A DNA stretch of 43,968 nt from an uncultured Candidatus Saccharibacteria bacterium (GTDB taxonomy: Bacteria; Patescibacteriota; Minisyncoccia; Minisyncoccales; Staskawiczbacteraceae). Of this stretch, positions 35,485 through 43,968 are shown in pieces (position 1 is the stretch's first letter; every line of letters starts with the position of its first letter). The notes beneath the pieces were generated by a model that saw nothing but the letters and a program-made list of their open reading frames with translations, did not search any database and was not told the DNA's origin. The position numbers and the translations under genes are program-made. The DNA lies in NCBI GenBank assembly GCA_964479955.1, contig CAYZNK010000002.1, positions 222,955 to 266,922 of the forward strand, given 5' to 3'.

Positions 35485-35952
35485 CTATTCAACTGGTTTT
35501 TCTTCTAACTCTTCTGTTTTTTCTGGTTCTGAACTTTGCTCTGAAGGAGTTTCATCCGGGGTCTGTTCTGCTGCTGACTTTTGTTGTTCTACTGCGGCAG
35601 CGGCTTGTGCATCCGCTTTTTCTTTTGCCGCTTTTGCGTCAGCTTCCGCCTTTTTTTCTACGGATATTTTTGCCTGCTTTTTCTTGCTTAACTTTGAGAC
35701 ATGCATTTTTTTGGCGTCTATAATCTTCTCTGAAATCAGCCAGTTATGAATTGTATCTGACGGTTTTGCACCTTTTGAAATCCAATATAAAATTCTGTCT
35801 TTTTTAAAATTTTTCTTTTTTGTCAAAGGGTCAACAAAGCCCAAATTTTCAATGGCTTTTCCGCTTTTTGAAGATTGTCTCTTATCAACAAGAACAACCC
35901 TGAAAAATGGCTGATTTTTTTTACCTTTTCTGGTTAAACGAATAGTTAACAT
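35485..35952 (-). CDS. rpsP: 30S ribosomal protein S16 with long C-terminal extension
   Basis: IRLTR.GKK.QPFFRVV..D.R...G..IE.LG..DP, YW...GA.PSDT. Confidence 0.96.
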   Translation of the reverse strand: MLTIRLTRKGKKNQPFFRVVLVDKRQSSKSGKAIENLGFVDPLTKKKNFKKDRILYWISKGAKPSDTIHNWLISEKIIDAKKMHVSKLSKKKQAKISVEKKAEADAKAAKEKADAQAAAAVEQQKSAAEQTPDETPSEQSSEPEKTEELEEKPVE

Positions 35953-36000
35953 AATATATTAAACTTTTTAAATTATTTTTTAAATTTTAATTTTTCCGCT

Positions 36001-36025
36001 ATCCGCCAACTTGGTTGTGGCGGAT
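36001..36025. repeat. Short GC hairpin downstream of rnc
   Basis: ATCCGCCA-9 nt-TGGCGGAT. Confidence 0.6.
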
Positions 36026-36029
36026 TATT

Positions 36030-36725
36030 TTATTTATTCCAGCCTTTTATACTTAACGCTTCCTTTGCCGCTTCTTCTTCGGCAGATTGTTTTGAAGACC
36101 CTTCTCCTGTTGCAATAAGCTCATTTTCCAAATACACGCCAACAGTAAAAATTCTATTATGGTCAGGCCCCACTTCTTTTACGACCTTATAAGAGGGCGT
36201 TATTCCTGATTTTTCTTGGGCTTCTTCCTGAAATTTTGATTTTGCGTCTTTGTATGAGCCTGTCCTTAAAATTTCAGCAAGCCTTGTTATCAAGTTTTTT
36301 TTTAAGAATTCCTCAACAGTTTTATATCCAAGGTCAAGATAAATTGCCCCCAACAATGCTTCAAATGTATTTGCCAAAATGCAGGCTCTTGCTTTTCCCC
36401 CCTCTTTTTCCTCACCTTTTGAAAGCAACAGAAAATCATTAAACCCCAATTCCTCGGCAATCGATGTGAGCATCTTTGCATTCACTAAAGCAGCCCTCCA
36501 GTTTGTCAATTCGCCTTCCGGTTTATCAGGATATTTTTTATAAAGATGCTCTGTAACTATCAGCTCCATAACCGCATCTCCCAAAAATTCCAATCTTTCA
36601 TTGTGGTCCAAATTAAAATCCGGATTTTCGTTCAGGTAAGACCTGTGCGTGAACGCCTGAATCAAAAGGTCTTTGTTTTTAAAATGTACTCTTATCTTTT
36701 TTTCAAATATTGAAAAATCTCTCAT
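36030..36725 (-). CDS. rnc: Ribonuclease III
   Basis: AFTHRS, NERLEFLGDAV, EG.LT, ANTFEA.LGAIYLD, dsRBD (D.KS..QE, GPDH, G.SK..AE..AA). Confidence 0.97.
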   Translation of the reverse strand: MRDFSIFEKKIRVHFKNKDLLIQAFTHRSYLNENPDFNLDHNERLEFLGDAVMELIVTEHLYKKYPDKPEGELTNWRAALVNAKMLTSIAEELGFNDFLLLSKGEEKEGGKARACILANTFEALLGAIYLDLGYKTVEEFLKKNLITRLAEILRTGSYKDAKSKFQEEAQEKSGITPSYKVVKEVGPDHNRIFTVGVYLENELIATGEGSSKQSAEEEAAKEALSIKGWNK

Positions 36726-36814
36726 TTTCACTTCGTGAAAAACACTGAATCAACGCTAATATCAACGCAGAAATATTTGGCATTATTATATCTGCAATTG
36801 TTATAAGCGGCGCA

Positions 36815-37237
36815 TCAGCGGCTTTCAAGCTGTTTATATATTGTTCCTAAAACTCCGTTTACAAATTTTCCTGAAGTTATCCCCGCAAAAGTTTTTGCCA
36901 ATTCAATGGCTTCGTTTATGGCAACCTTTGGAGGAACTTGTTCTTTGTCGGAAAATAAAAGCTCATATAGCCCTATTCTTAAAACATTTCTGTCAACAAT
37001 CGGAATTTGAGAAATGGGCCATTCAGGCGCTGCCTGCTCAATTATTTTATCAAGCTCATTAAGGCGGTTTTTTATTCCGTCAACAAGCTCCCAGATAAAA
37101 TTAACATCTTCAAGACCAGGGCCGAAATTTTTTATGTTTCTTTCAACAATATCTTTTAAGTCAGGATTTTTGCCGTAAAAATCCCATTCATAAAGAGATT
37201 GCATTGCTATTGAACGTGAAAGGTGCCTTGAAGCCAT
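36815..37237 (-). CDS. nusB: Transcription antitermination factor NusB
   Basis: [44 protein letters not shown]. Confidence 0.96.
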   Translation of the reverse strand: MASRHLSRSIAMQSLYEWDFYGKNPDLKDIVERNIKNFGPGLEDVNFIWELVDGIKNRLNELDKIIEQAAPEWPISQIPIVDRNVLRIGLYELLFSDKEQVPPKVAINEAIELAKTFAGITSGKFVNGVLGTIYKQLESR

Positions 37238-37245
37238 AACTGCTT

Positions 37246-37311
37246 AATTTTTAATTTCTAATTTTAAATTTTAAAATAATGATTAAATTTCTAAATTTTA
37301 AAAAATTAGAA
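37246..37311. repeat. Degenerate AT-rich heptamer repeat tract
   Basis: AATTTTT AATTTCT AATTTTA AATTTTA... Confidence 0.5.
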
Positions 37312-37321
37312 CATCAAGAAA

Positions 37322-37606
37322 TTATTTTTTAGACATTCCTTCTGCTGTCGTTGAATGGTCTTGCTTTGGCTGCATTTCCGCCTGCTTAATTTCTTTTTCT
37401 TTTTCCTTCTTCTCTTTTTTGGTAAGTTTGGCTAAAACGTTTATCACTTCTTTTCCTTTATAATAACCGCAGTTTTTGCAAACCGTATGGGATAAAACGG
37501 GCTTTTTGCATTTTGGGCAATAATTCAAAGCAGACTGCCTTATGTATTTATGCATTCTTGTTTTTCCAACTTTTGACCTTGTATGACTGTGTCTTGGAAC
37601 TGCCAT
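37322..37606 (-). CDS. rpmF: 50S ribosomal protein L32 (zinc-ribbon type) with charged C-terminal extension
   Basis: MAVPR..HTRSK, CPKC...H.VC..CGYY.G; start set at ATG 37606. Confidence 0.94.
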   Translation of the reverse strand: MAVPRHSHTRSKVGKTRMHKYIRQSALNYCPKCKKPVLSHTVCKNCGYYKGKEVINVLAKLTKKEKKEKEKEIKQAEMQPKQDHSTTAEGMSKK

Positions 37607-37614
37607 GATACGAT

Positions 37615-37712
37615 AATTTTCAATTTTCAATTTTCAATTTTTATTAAATTATCAATTATTTAATTTTTAAAATTATAAATTTAATAGAAATTAGAAATTT
37701 TAAATTATAAAT
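37615..37712. repeat. Heptamer tandem-repeat element
   Basis: AATTTTC x3 AATTTTT ATTA AATTATC AATTATT plus a partly complementary right arm. Confidence 0.75.
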
Positions 37713-37724
37713 TTATTATCCTTT

Positions 37725-37787
37725 AGTATAACAAATAATCGAGTTTTTTGCAAGCACTTTGACCGTAAAAAATACAAAGGGTATAAT
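37725..37787. promoter_or_regulatory. Back-to-back divergent promoters (rpmF operon / glycosyltransferase cluster)
   Basis: Minus: TTGCAA(37753-48)-17-TATACT(37730-25). Plus: TTGACC(37759-64)-17-TATAAT(37782-87). Confidence 0.7.
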
Positions 37788-37808
37788 TAATAAATATTTT
37801 AAAATTCT

Positions 37809-39635
37809 ATGAAAGACTTTATCCTTAAATTAAAAAAAATATTCAAAGAAGACATTCTTGCATATCATCTGCTGTTTTTGGGATTTTTATTGAGGCTGTT
37901 TTATATTTTTAGCTTTACTGCCCCCAAAAATTATTTATGGTCGGATGCCGGGACATATGACGAACACGCCATGAGAATGGCAAATGGAATCCACATTGCC
38001 CTCTCAACTTATTGGCCGCCATTTTTTCATATTTTTTTAAGCTGGATTTATAGGCCATTGCTTTGGTTTGGATTAGAACAGCAAAGGATTACTATTGATA
38101 TTGTTTTATTTTCCCTGTTTTATATAATAGGATTTTGGTGCATATATCAAATTGCCAAAAAAATATTCCTTTCCAAAAAAATTGCGGCCGTTCTGCTGCT
38201 GGCACTGGTCTTATGGTATCCATTTATATATATGAATGGATTAATAATGAGCGAAAATCTGTTTTTCTTGCTGTTTTTTCTTGGGTTATATTTTCTGATA
38301 GCAAAACCGCAAACCAAAGCTAACGGCATTGTAATGGGACTACTGTGGGGAGTTGCTGTCATAACCAGGCCAATTTTTGCATTGGCAATCCCCTTCTTCC
38401 TTATTTGGGGGTACAAAAATAAAATTAACTTTAAATTTCTTTTGAATTTTACTGTCGTGACAGGGTTGATAATCGCCTCCATGATGATTTTTAACTTTTT
38501 TTATACCGGAGGAAGAGAAAAATCCGTTTCATCAAGCGGAGGATTCAATTTTGCAATGACATGGTGTGATACAAAATCTGTAAAATACACCAACGATGAC
38601 GGATATTGGTACTGGTTTGCATCAGCAGCAAACATTGATTATCCTGATGAAAAATCAATATCAACAACCGTTCCTTTTGAAAACCAGGGATATTATTACC
38701 AAATAGGGATGGATTGCATAAAAAAGAATCCTGTGATAATAATCAACAATCTGTTCTCAATCAAAAAATTATTTCACAGCCATTTATTTCCAACAACAAG
38801 CGATATGGTAGGATGGAAATTTTTCAGGCTTATTTTTAAAATCATTGTCATTGGGCTGTTTTTCTTAGGCGTCTTCTCGCTCATAGGCATAAAAAAGGGT
38901 TGGATAAAAACAAAAGATGAAACAAAAAAATATCTCTGGCTTTTTGCCCTGATAATTTTGGCGCTATTTATCACAATCTATCTGCAAAATGTAGGAGAAG
39001 AACGATATATAATACCATATTCCCCATTGCTGATGATTTTGGCGATTCCCGCAATAAGCAAAATATCTGAACGTATTTTTCCCATAAAATTTGCGAAATC
39101 AAAATTTATCGGCAACCGCAATGTTTGGATTTCTTATGCTGTTTTATTTTTTATTGCATTAATAACTTTTGCAGTTTACTCTGTCAGAATAAAGGCAAGC
39201 TACTTTATAAATCAAGATGGAACAAAAACAGAAATTTCTCTTCCTTTTTCTCAGGACCAAGAAACCAAAAACTTATCTTACGAGATAATAGCAGTTTCGA
39301 ACATAAATCAAACCGCAAAAATAAACATTGCTTTTGACGACATAATAAGAAAATTGTTGGTAAACGGTAAATCTATAGACTTGGAAAAAATTAAAAAAGA
39401 CAATAATCAAAAAGAGCTTTCGGACTGGAAACGGGGATATATTTTTGAGATTCCGCTGAAAGCAGGAGAAAATAAAATTCTGGTCAGCGGAGAAAATACC
39501 GGATGGGGATATTCATTGAAAATGAAACAAAAGCCTTTTTTCTGGATTTGGATGCTTCTTTTTATTTCAATTGCCATACCGATATCCCATATAACGGCGA
39601 TTTTAATTGAACTTACATTAAAAAATAAAAAATGA
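37809..39635 (+). CDS. GT-C fold membrane glycosyltransferase (ArnT/PMT-like) with extra C-terminal domain
   Basis: LWSDAGTYD loop, YWPPFF, SENLFF, TRP, EERY; many TM helices. Confidence 0.78.
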   Translation: MKDFILKLKKIFKEDILAYHLLFLGFLLRLFYIFSFTAPKNYLWSDAGTYDEHAMRMANGIHIALSTYWPPFFHIFLSWIYRPLLWFGLEQQRITIDIVLFSLFYIIGFWCIYQIAKKIFLSKKIAAVLLLALVLWYPFIYMNGLIMSENLFFLLFFLGLYFLIAKPQTKANGIVMGLLWGVAVITRPIFALAIPFFLIWGYKNKINFKFLLNFTVVTGLIIASMMIFNFFYTGGREKSVSSSGGFNFAMTWCDTKSVKYTNDDGYWYWFASAANIDYPDEKSISTTVPFENQGYYYQIGMDCIKKNPVIIINNLFSIKKLFHSHLFPTTSDMVGWKFFRLIFKIIVIGLFFLGVFSLIGIKKGWIKTKDETKKYLWLFALIILALFITIYLQNVGEERYIIPYSPLLMILAIPAISKISERIFPIKFAKSKFIGNRNVWISYAVLFFIALITFAVYSVRIKASYFINQDGTKTEISLPFSQDQETKNLSYEIIAVSNINQTAKINIAFDDIIRKLLVNGKSIDLEKIKKDNNQKELSDWKRGYIFEIPLKAGENKILVSGENTGWGYSLKMKQKPFFWIWMLLFISIAIPISHITAILIELTLKNKK

Positions 39636-40978
39636 TTTTTAAAAAAAATTTATCGAACTATCTTCCTATTGTTTTATTAACTCTTGGAATAGCGGCCAGG
39701 CTGTTTTTCGCGGGCAATTTTGGCATAGAATCGTATGCAAATTACAAAGACTATAGTTTTTTCCAATATACTCACGACACTTTGTACCACGTAGAATATA
39801 TCCAGTTTGTGGCAGACCATTTGTCTTTACCACCCGTTGAAAAAGGTCTTGAGTACCCCCAACAACCGCTTTATTATATTTTTTCTGGAGTCTTATATAA
39901 CATAATCAATGTGTCTTCTTTGGAAAAAATGGACGCGCCTGAAATTTTAAAAATTCTGGTATGGATATCCTGTTTATTTTCAATAGGAACTCTTGTCTTT
40001 GCTTATTTTCTTGCAAAAAAAATAACCGAATCTGTTTGGCTGCAATCTTTTATCACAGGACTTATGGCATTTACTCCGGCTTTTATATATCAAGCAGGAA
40101 TGCTAGGGAACGACCCTTTCTCCTCTTTTTTATCGGCAGGGGCTTTTTTTTATTTAATCTGCTATATAAAAAAAGAAAATCTTACAAATTTTATACTAGC
40201 AACCGTATTTTCTGTCCTTTCTTTTTTTTCAAAAGCCACAGCCGGAATCCTTCTAGTAATGATTTTGATTACTGTTGTATATAAATACTGGAAACAAAAT
40301 AAAAACGAATATTTGAAAATGGCCTTTTTAACATTGATAATTGGCATTGCATGTTTAGCTGTTTCATTATATAGAGCATATATCCCGTCAACAGGAGAAT
40401 TCAGATTTGTTGAAAGCTATACTTATATATATCAAAAAACAGACCCGAGTCGCTTAACTTATTTTTTGACTTTTAATATTCCTGAACTCTTAAGAGAGGG
40501 ACAATCTTTTGTTTTTGGAAACGAAAAAGTCGCCAGAACTCTACCAACTTTCTTATACGGTTCTTTTGTTTTTGGAGAATACAGCTTTGAAAACATAACA
40601 AAACCGTACCCTCTTGTAAAAAGCCTGATGCAGATAATTTTGTTATTGGGATTGCTATTCCCCCTGGGAATCATTTTTAACTTATTTTATTTTAAAAAAT
40701 GGGACATTATAGATTATATCTCCGGATTTGGAATTTTGATGAATCTGATTCTGCTTGTGTCTTTTTTCTCAAAATATTCTGCTGTATGCAATTCAGACTT
40801 TAGGTACTTTGGCCCGTTGTTTCTTGGCATTTTGGCCTTTTCTGGCAACGGGCTTTCAAAGCTTAATGAGAAAGTAAAAAATAAACACATTATTCCTGGA
40901 TTGGTCTTTACTTTAATATTCTTTGAAATCTTATGGGTTGCAATGAGAATCTACATTAGATTTTCTGCAAACATATAA
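39632..40978 (+). CDS. GT-C fold membrane glycosyltransferase (ArnT/PMT-like)
   Basis: HD..YH.EYI, EY.QQPLYY, GND, SK; ATGA overlap with the previous gene. Confidence 0.75.
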   Translation: MIFKKNLSNYLPIVLLTLGIAARLFFAGNFGIESYANYKDYSFFQYTHDTLYHVEYIQFVADHLSLPPVEKGLEYPQQPLYYIFSGVLYNIINVSSLEKMDAPEILKILVWISCLFSIGTLVFAYFLAKKITESVWLQSFITGLMAFTPAFIYQAGMLGNDPFSSFLSAGAFFYLICYIKKENLTNFILATVFSVLSFFSKATAGILLVMILITVVYKYWKQNKNEYLKMAFLTLIIGIACLAVSLYRAYIPSTGEFRFVESYTYIYQKTDPSRLTYFLTFNIPELLREGQSFVFGNEKVARTLPTFLYGSFVFGEYSFENITKPYPLVKSLMQIILLLGLLFPLGIIFNLFYFKKWDIIDYISGFGILMNLILLVSFFSKYSAVCNSDFRYFGPLFLGILAFSGNGLSKLNEKVKNKHIIPGLVFTLIFFEILWVAMRIYIRFSANI

Positions 40979-40993
40979 AACAACATATTAAAA

Positions 40994-41725
40994 ATGAAAA
41001 CAGTTTCCATATTGATCCCCGCTTACAATGAAGAAAAAAGGCTTCCAAAAACCCTTGAACTTTGGAAAGAGTTTATGTTGCACCCTCCTAAAGAGACAGG
41101 CAATAAAACAAATGACAGCCATTTTGAAATAAGTGAATTCATAATAATAGACGACGGTTCCCAAGATAAAACCGTTCAATCAGCAGAATCATTCAGGGAT
41201 TTGCCTATAAAAATAATACGCATAATGCCAAACAAAGGAAAAGGAAACGCTGTAAGACAAGGGATAAAAAACGCTAGAGGGGATTTTGTTTTTATCTATG
41301 ACGCTGACGCCGCCGTTTTACCCGAAGTTCTTAATACCCTTTTTGCAGAAAAAGAAACCTCAGATGTAATAATTGGCTCCAGGACATCTTTGGATTCCAA
41401 AACAAAAATGTCTTTTTTCAGGAGATTTGTGGGGTTTTGTTTTCATATTTTTTGCTATCCTTTACTGCCAAAAATAAAAGATGCTTCCTGTGGAGCAAAA
41501 CTGCTTAGAAAAACAGCTGCCCAAAAAATCTTTTCTAAACAAAAAATAGACAGATTTGCCTTTGATATTGAGATACTATGGCTGGCAAAAAAAATGAATT
41601 TTAGAGTAAAAGAAATTGGCATAACATGGCAGGAAATTCCGGGCTCAAAAGTAAATGTGTTAAGAGACGCCCCTGAAATGTTTTTTTCAGTATTGGGCTT
41701 GTATATAAGGGCAATTTTTGGTTAA
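40994..41725 (+). CDS. GT2 polyprenol-phosphate glycosyltransferase (Dpm1/Alg5-like)
   Basis: SILIPAYNEEKRL, IIDDGS.D.T, N.GKG.AVR.G, YDAD, D..CG.KL, F.FD.EIL.LA. Confidence 0.88.
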   Translation: MKTVSILIPAYNEEKRLPKTLELWKEFMLHPPKETGNKTNDSHFEISEFIIIDDGSQDKTVQSAESFRDLPIKIIRIMPNKGKGNAVRQGIKNARGDFVFIYDADAAVLPEVLNTLFAEKETSDVIIGSRTSLDSKTKMSFFRRFVGFCFHIFCYPLLPKIKDASCGAKLLRKTAAQKIFSKQKIDRFAFDIEILWLAKKMNFRVKEIGITWQEIPGSKVNVLRDAPEMFFSVLGLYIRAIFG

Positions 41726-41748
41726 ATTATATAAATCTTTAATTCATT

Positions 41749-41820
41749 AAACCAAAACTCAAAAATCAAATACCAAAACCATATATTTTTGGTTTTTGGT
41801 CTTTGGATTTTGGTATTTTA
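41749..41820. repeat. Heptamer-repeat hairpin
   Basis: AACCAAA ACTCAAA AATCAAA TACCAAA ... TTTTGGT TTTTGGT CTTTGGA TTTTGGT. Confidence 0.7.
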
Positions 41821-41824
41821 ATAA

Positions 41825-42889
41825 ATGAATAAAAAAATAAAGCTTATTATTTTAAACTTAATAGTCTACGGCGTACCAATTTTTATTTTATCTTTTATTC
41901 CCTACACAAAAAATCTATGGGGAGACTTTGAATCTTCGTTTATTTTTAACTTTTTGTTTTACGGAAAAAAAATATTTCTGCCAATGGGAATAATAACAGA
42001 CTTTCTGCTGTTTTATTTCCTGTACATAATACTTTTCAAAAAAGATATTGATATTGGAAAAGAAAGAGCTTATTTTATATTGTCTGCTACAAAAAAAATA
42101 CTGGCTTGGATTTTCAAAGATAAGCTGAATAAAGATTTGTCATTATCAAAGGAAGAAAAAACTTCTCTTTTGTTTTACTTGGTAAAAATATACTTTACTC
42201 CGGTAATGTTGAATTTTTTAATCAATAATCTGCATTCTTTAATAAATCTTTTTCCGATTTTTAAAAGCTACCTTTTAACAAAACCGTTTTTATTTTCTGA
42301 AAACAAAATAACGGGCATTGTTTTTCAGACAATCCTGTACGCAATATTGGTACTGGACACACTTATATTTTCCTTTGGATATTTATTTGAGTCTTCCGGC
42401 CTCAAAAATAAAGTGAGGTCAGTTGAACCTACAATGCTGGGATGGATGGTTGCAATTATATGCTATCCCCCCATAAATAGTTTATCGGGCAATATTTTAG
42501 GATGGTATACTTCTGACTTTGGAGAATTTGGAAATCCAAATCTGAATATAACGATGGGGGTTGTTTCTATTTTATTTTTTATGATTTATGTATGGGCATC
42601 TATTGCTTTGGGAACTAAAGCCTCAAATCTTACCAACAGGGGAATTGTTTCAAAGGGGCCATATAAATTTATAAGACATCCTGCATACGCGGCAAAAAAT
42701 CTTAGCTGGTGGATTATGGGAATTCCTTTTATAGTGGAATTTGGTTTTATTGCTGTATTCAGTTTGTCTTTATGGACCTTTATATATTATTTGAGGGCGC
42801 TAACTGAAGAAAGGCACTTATTACAAGATCCGGACTATATTGAATACTGCAGAAAAGTAAAATATATGTTCTTGCCGGGAATATTATAA
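41825..42889 (+). CDS. ICMT/PEMT-like integral membrane methyltransferase
   Basis: C-terminal GIV..GPY..IRHPAY...RALTEE.HL..DP.Y..Y...VKY.FLPG. Confidence 0.8.
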   Translation: MNKKIKLIILNLIVYGVPIFILSFIPYTKNLWGDFESSFIFNFLFYGKKIFLPMGIITDFLLFYFLYIILFKKDIDIGKERAYFILSATKKILAWIFKDKLNKDLSLSKEEKTSLLFYLVKIYFTPVMLNFLINNLHSLINLFPIFKSYLLTKPFLFSENKITGIVFQTILYAILVLDTLIFSFGYLFESSGLKNKVRSVEPTMLGWMVAIICYPPINSLSGNILGWYTSDFGEFGNPNLNITMGVVSILFFMIYVWASIALGTKASNLTNRGIVSKGPYKFIRHPAYAAKNLSWWIMGIPFIVEFGFIAVFSLSLWTFIYYLRALTEERHLLQDPDYIEYCRKVKYMFLPGIL

Positions 42890-42938
42890 CGAATTTTCAA
42901 TTTAATATAGTTTTTAAATTTTGATTTTAACATTTTGA

Positions 42939-42998
42939 ATTCTAATCAATAAAAAAATCAGCTTCAATATTGAAGCTGATTTTTTTATTGATTAGAAT
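42939..42998. terminator. Perfect 60-bp palindrome acting as probable bidirectional terminator
   Basis: ATTCTAATCAATAAAAAAATCAGCTTCAAT|ATTGAAGCTGATTTTTTTATTGATTAGAAT between convergent genes. Confidence 0.8.
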
Positions 42999-43968
42999 GG
43001 AGACACTTCTTTCCAATTTGGTAGATTGAAATCACCCGTTGCACTCACTGGAATATTTTTTGTTACAAGACAACACCCTATGTCATCACAAATTTTAAGC
43101 GAGGAAGGAAACACTTTTGACTGGGTGTATGTGTGGCTTACATTTCCTTGCGTATATACTATAGGAGGATTTCCTATCGGATCGCTGTTATATCCTGAAT
43201 CTCCAAAATTCCAAGTATAACAATGTCCGCCAACGCATTCAGAAAGGCTTTGACAGCTGAATAGCCCGGAAGTATTATAGCAAATTGACGAATCTGTAAA
43301 GTTAACGGGATAGGCAGGGGCGGGATTTGAAGGAGAATATGAATAAGCGGGAATTGGGAATGGATGCGCATATTCATACGTATAAGACACCTTTAAATTT
43401 GGGTTTATTGTTCCAATAGAATTATCGTAATATGTCCAATCAGAATCATATCCATCTATGTTTTCAACTTTTACTCTCCAATAATAAGAAGTATTATATT
43501 TAATATAATCTCCCGCCAATATTGTAGGTTTTTGCTTAACTAAAACCAATTGTTGCTGCAAATCTCCTGAATCTATATATGTATTGGTTACTACTCTGTT
43601 TACTTCAGGAGAGGAAAAATCAGAATTGTCGTCAACCTGAAAATAAAATTTGAATTGTTGCAAATCGCAATCATCCAAATAATACCACGAAAAATATGCT
43701 ATACCCGCCCCCTGTATACCGGCACAGTAATTTCCGGCATTAGCATCAAGATTATATGCTATTGGAGAAGAACAGTCCGCTCCACCACCCGATGACGAAC
43801 TTGATGACGATCCTCCGCTAGATGAAGAGGAGGACGAAGACGAGCTTGAAGATGAAGAACCTCCACTGGATGATGATGAAGAGGACGAGGAAGAGGAAGA
43901 GCTAGAGGACGAAGACGAGCTTGAAGATGAAGAACCTCCACTGGATGATGATGAAGAGGACGAGGACG
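42992..43968 (-). CDS. Large surface protein C-terminus (5'-truncated): Ser-rich linker, FN3-like segment, PKD domain
   Basis: Frame is open from the window end through poly-Ser/Gly to the 42992..43678 ORF; FQVDDNSDFSSP, L.YNTSYYWRVKV, V.FTD.S, YTWNFGD, SHTY. Confidence 0.8.
   Translation of the reverse strand, partial: SSSSSSSSSGGSSSSSSSSSSSSSSSSSSSSSSSGGSSSSSSSSSSSSSSGGSSSSSSSGGGADCSSPIAYNLDANAGNYCAGIQGAGIAYFSWYYLDDCDLQQFKFYFQVDDNSDFSSPEVNRVVTNTYIDSGDLQQQLVLVKQKPTILAGDYIKYNTSYYWRVKVENIDGYDSDWTYYDNSIGTINPNLKVSYTYEYAHPFPIPAYSYSPSNPAPAYPVNFTDSSICYNTSGLFSCQSLSECVGGHCYTWNFGDSGYNSDPIGNPPIVYTQGNVSHTYTQSKVFPSSLKICDDIGCCLVTKNIPVSATGDFNLPNWKEVSPF
43830..43966. repeat. 62-bp direct repeat (75-bp period) within the Ser-rich tract
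   Basis: Identical copies at 43830-43891 and 43905-43966. Confidence 0.85.

Noticed and set aside
86-43377. Numerous 60-190 aa ORFs antisense to or nested in assigned genes
   Set aside because: They overlap well-supported genes and show no motifs; treated as shadow ORFs.
43790-43968. Plus-strand acidic (Asp/Glu-rich) reading and the 43759..43941 minus ORF
   Set aside because: Both are shadows of the poly-Ser codons of the minus-strand surface protein, whose frame is open and continuous with the PKD region.
1-43968. Alternative genetic code, prophage or IS element
   Set aside because: TGA is used as a stop in coupled genes (461, 30279), long ORFs are intact under code 11, and no integrase, transposase or phage genes are recognisable.

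Overview
AT-rich bacterial chromosome segment, genetic code 11, with most genes on the minus strand. Gene content and style (truncated dcw cluster, type IV pilus operon, membrane-anchored Clp-like ATPase, GT-C glycosyltransferase cluster, PKD surface protein) suggest a Patescibacteria/CPR genome (Parcubacteria-like); this taxon call is inference. Housekeeping genes: prmC, pyrB, rplU, rmuC, mraZ-rsmH-ftsL-ftsI, rplJ-rplL with an L10 leader, mltG, rpmG, trmD, khpA, rpsP, rnc, nusB, rpmF, and five tRNAs (Glu-CTC, Val-CAC, Trp-CCA, Thr-GGT, Tyr-GTA). The best candidate for an undescribed system is a co-oriented minus-strand module at 27817-33189: IPP isomerase/short-chain prenyl synthase fusion, YjbQ, a UbiA-family membrane prenyltransferase coupled by an ATGA overlap to a multi-TM PAS histidine kinase, and a single-domain receiver, directly upstream of the pilB-pilC-minor pilin-pilMNOP genes. 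Its layout resembles a signal synthase plus receptor for an isoprenoid signal, but this is a hypothesis. Other notable items: a family of heptamer-repeat elements with a shared 4x7+4+nx7 layout (one inserted in-frame in trmD), an unannotated 55-aa membrane protein with a long leader between rpsP and khpA, a Clp-like ATPase with degenerate NBD1 and lost pore loops, and overlapping MraZ/DnaA boxes. All calls are by eye; no database searches were run.
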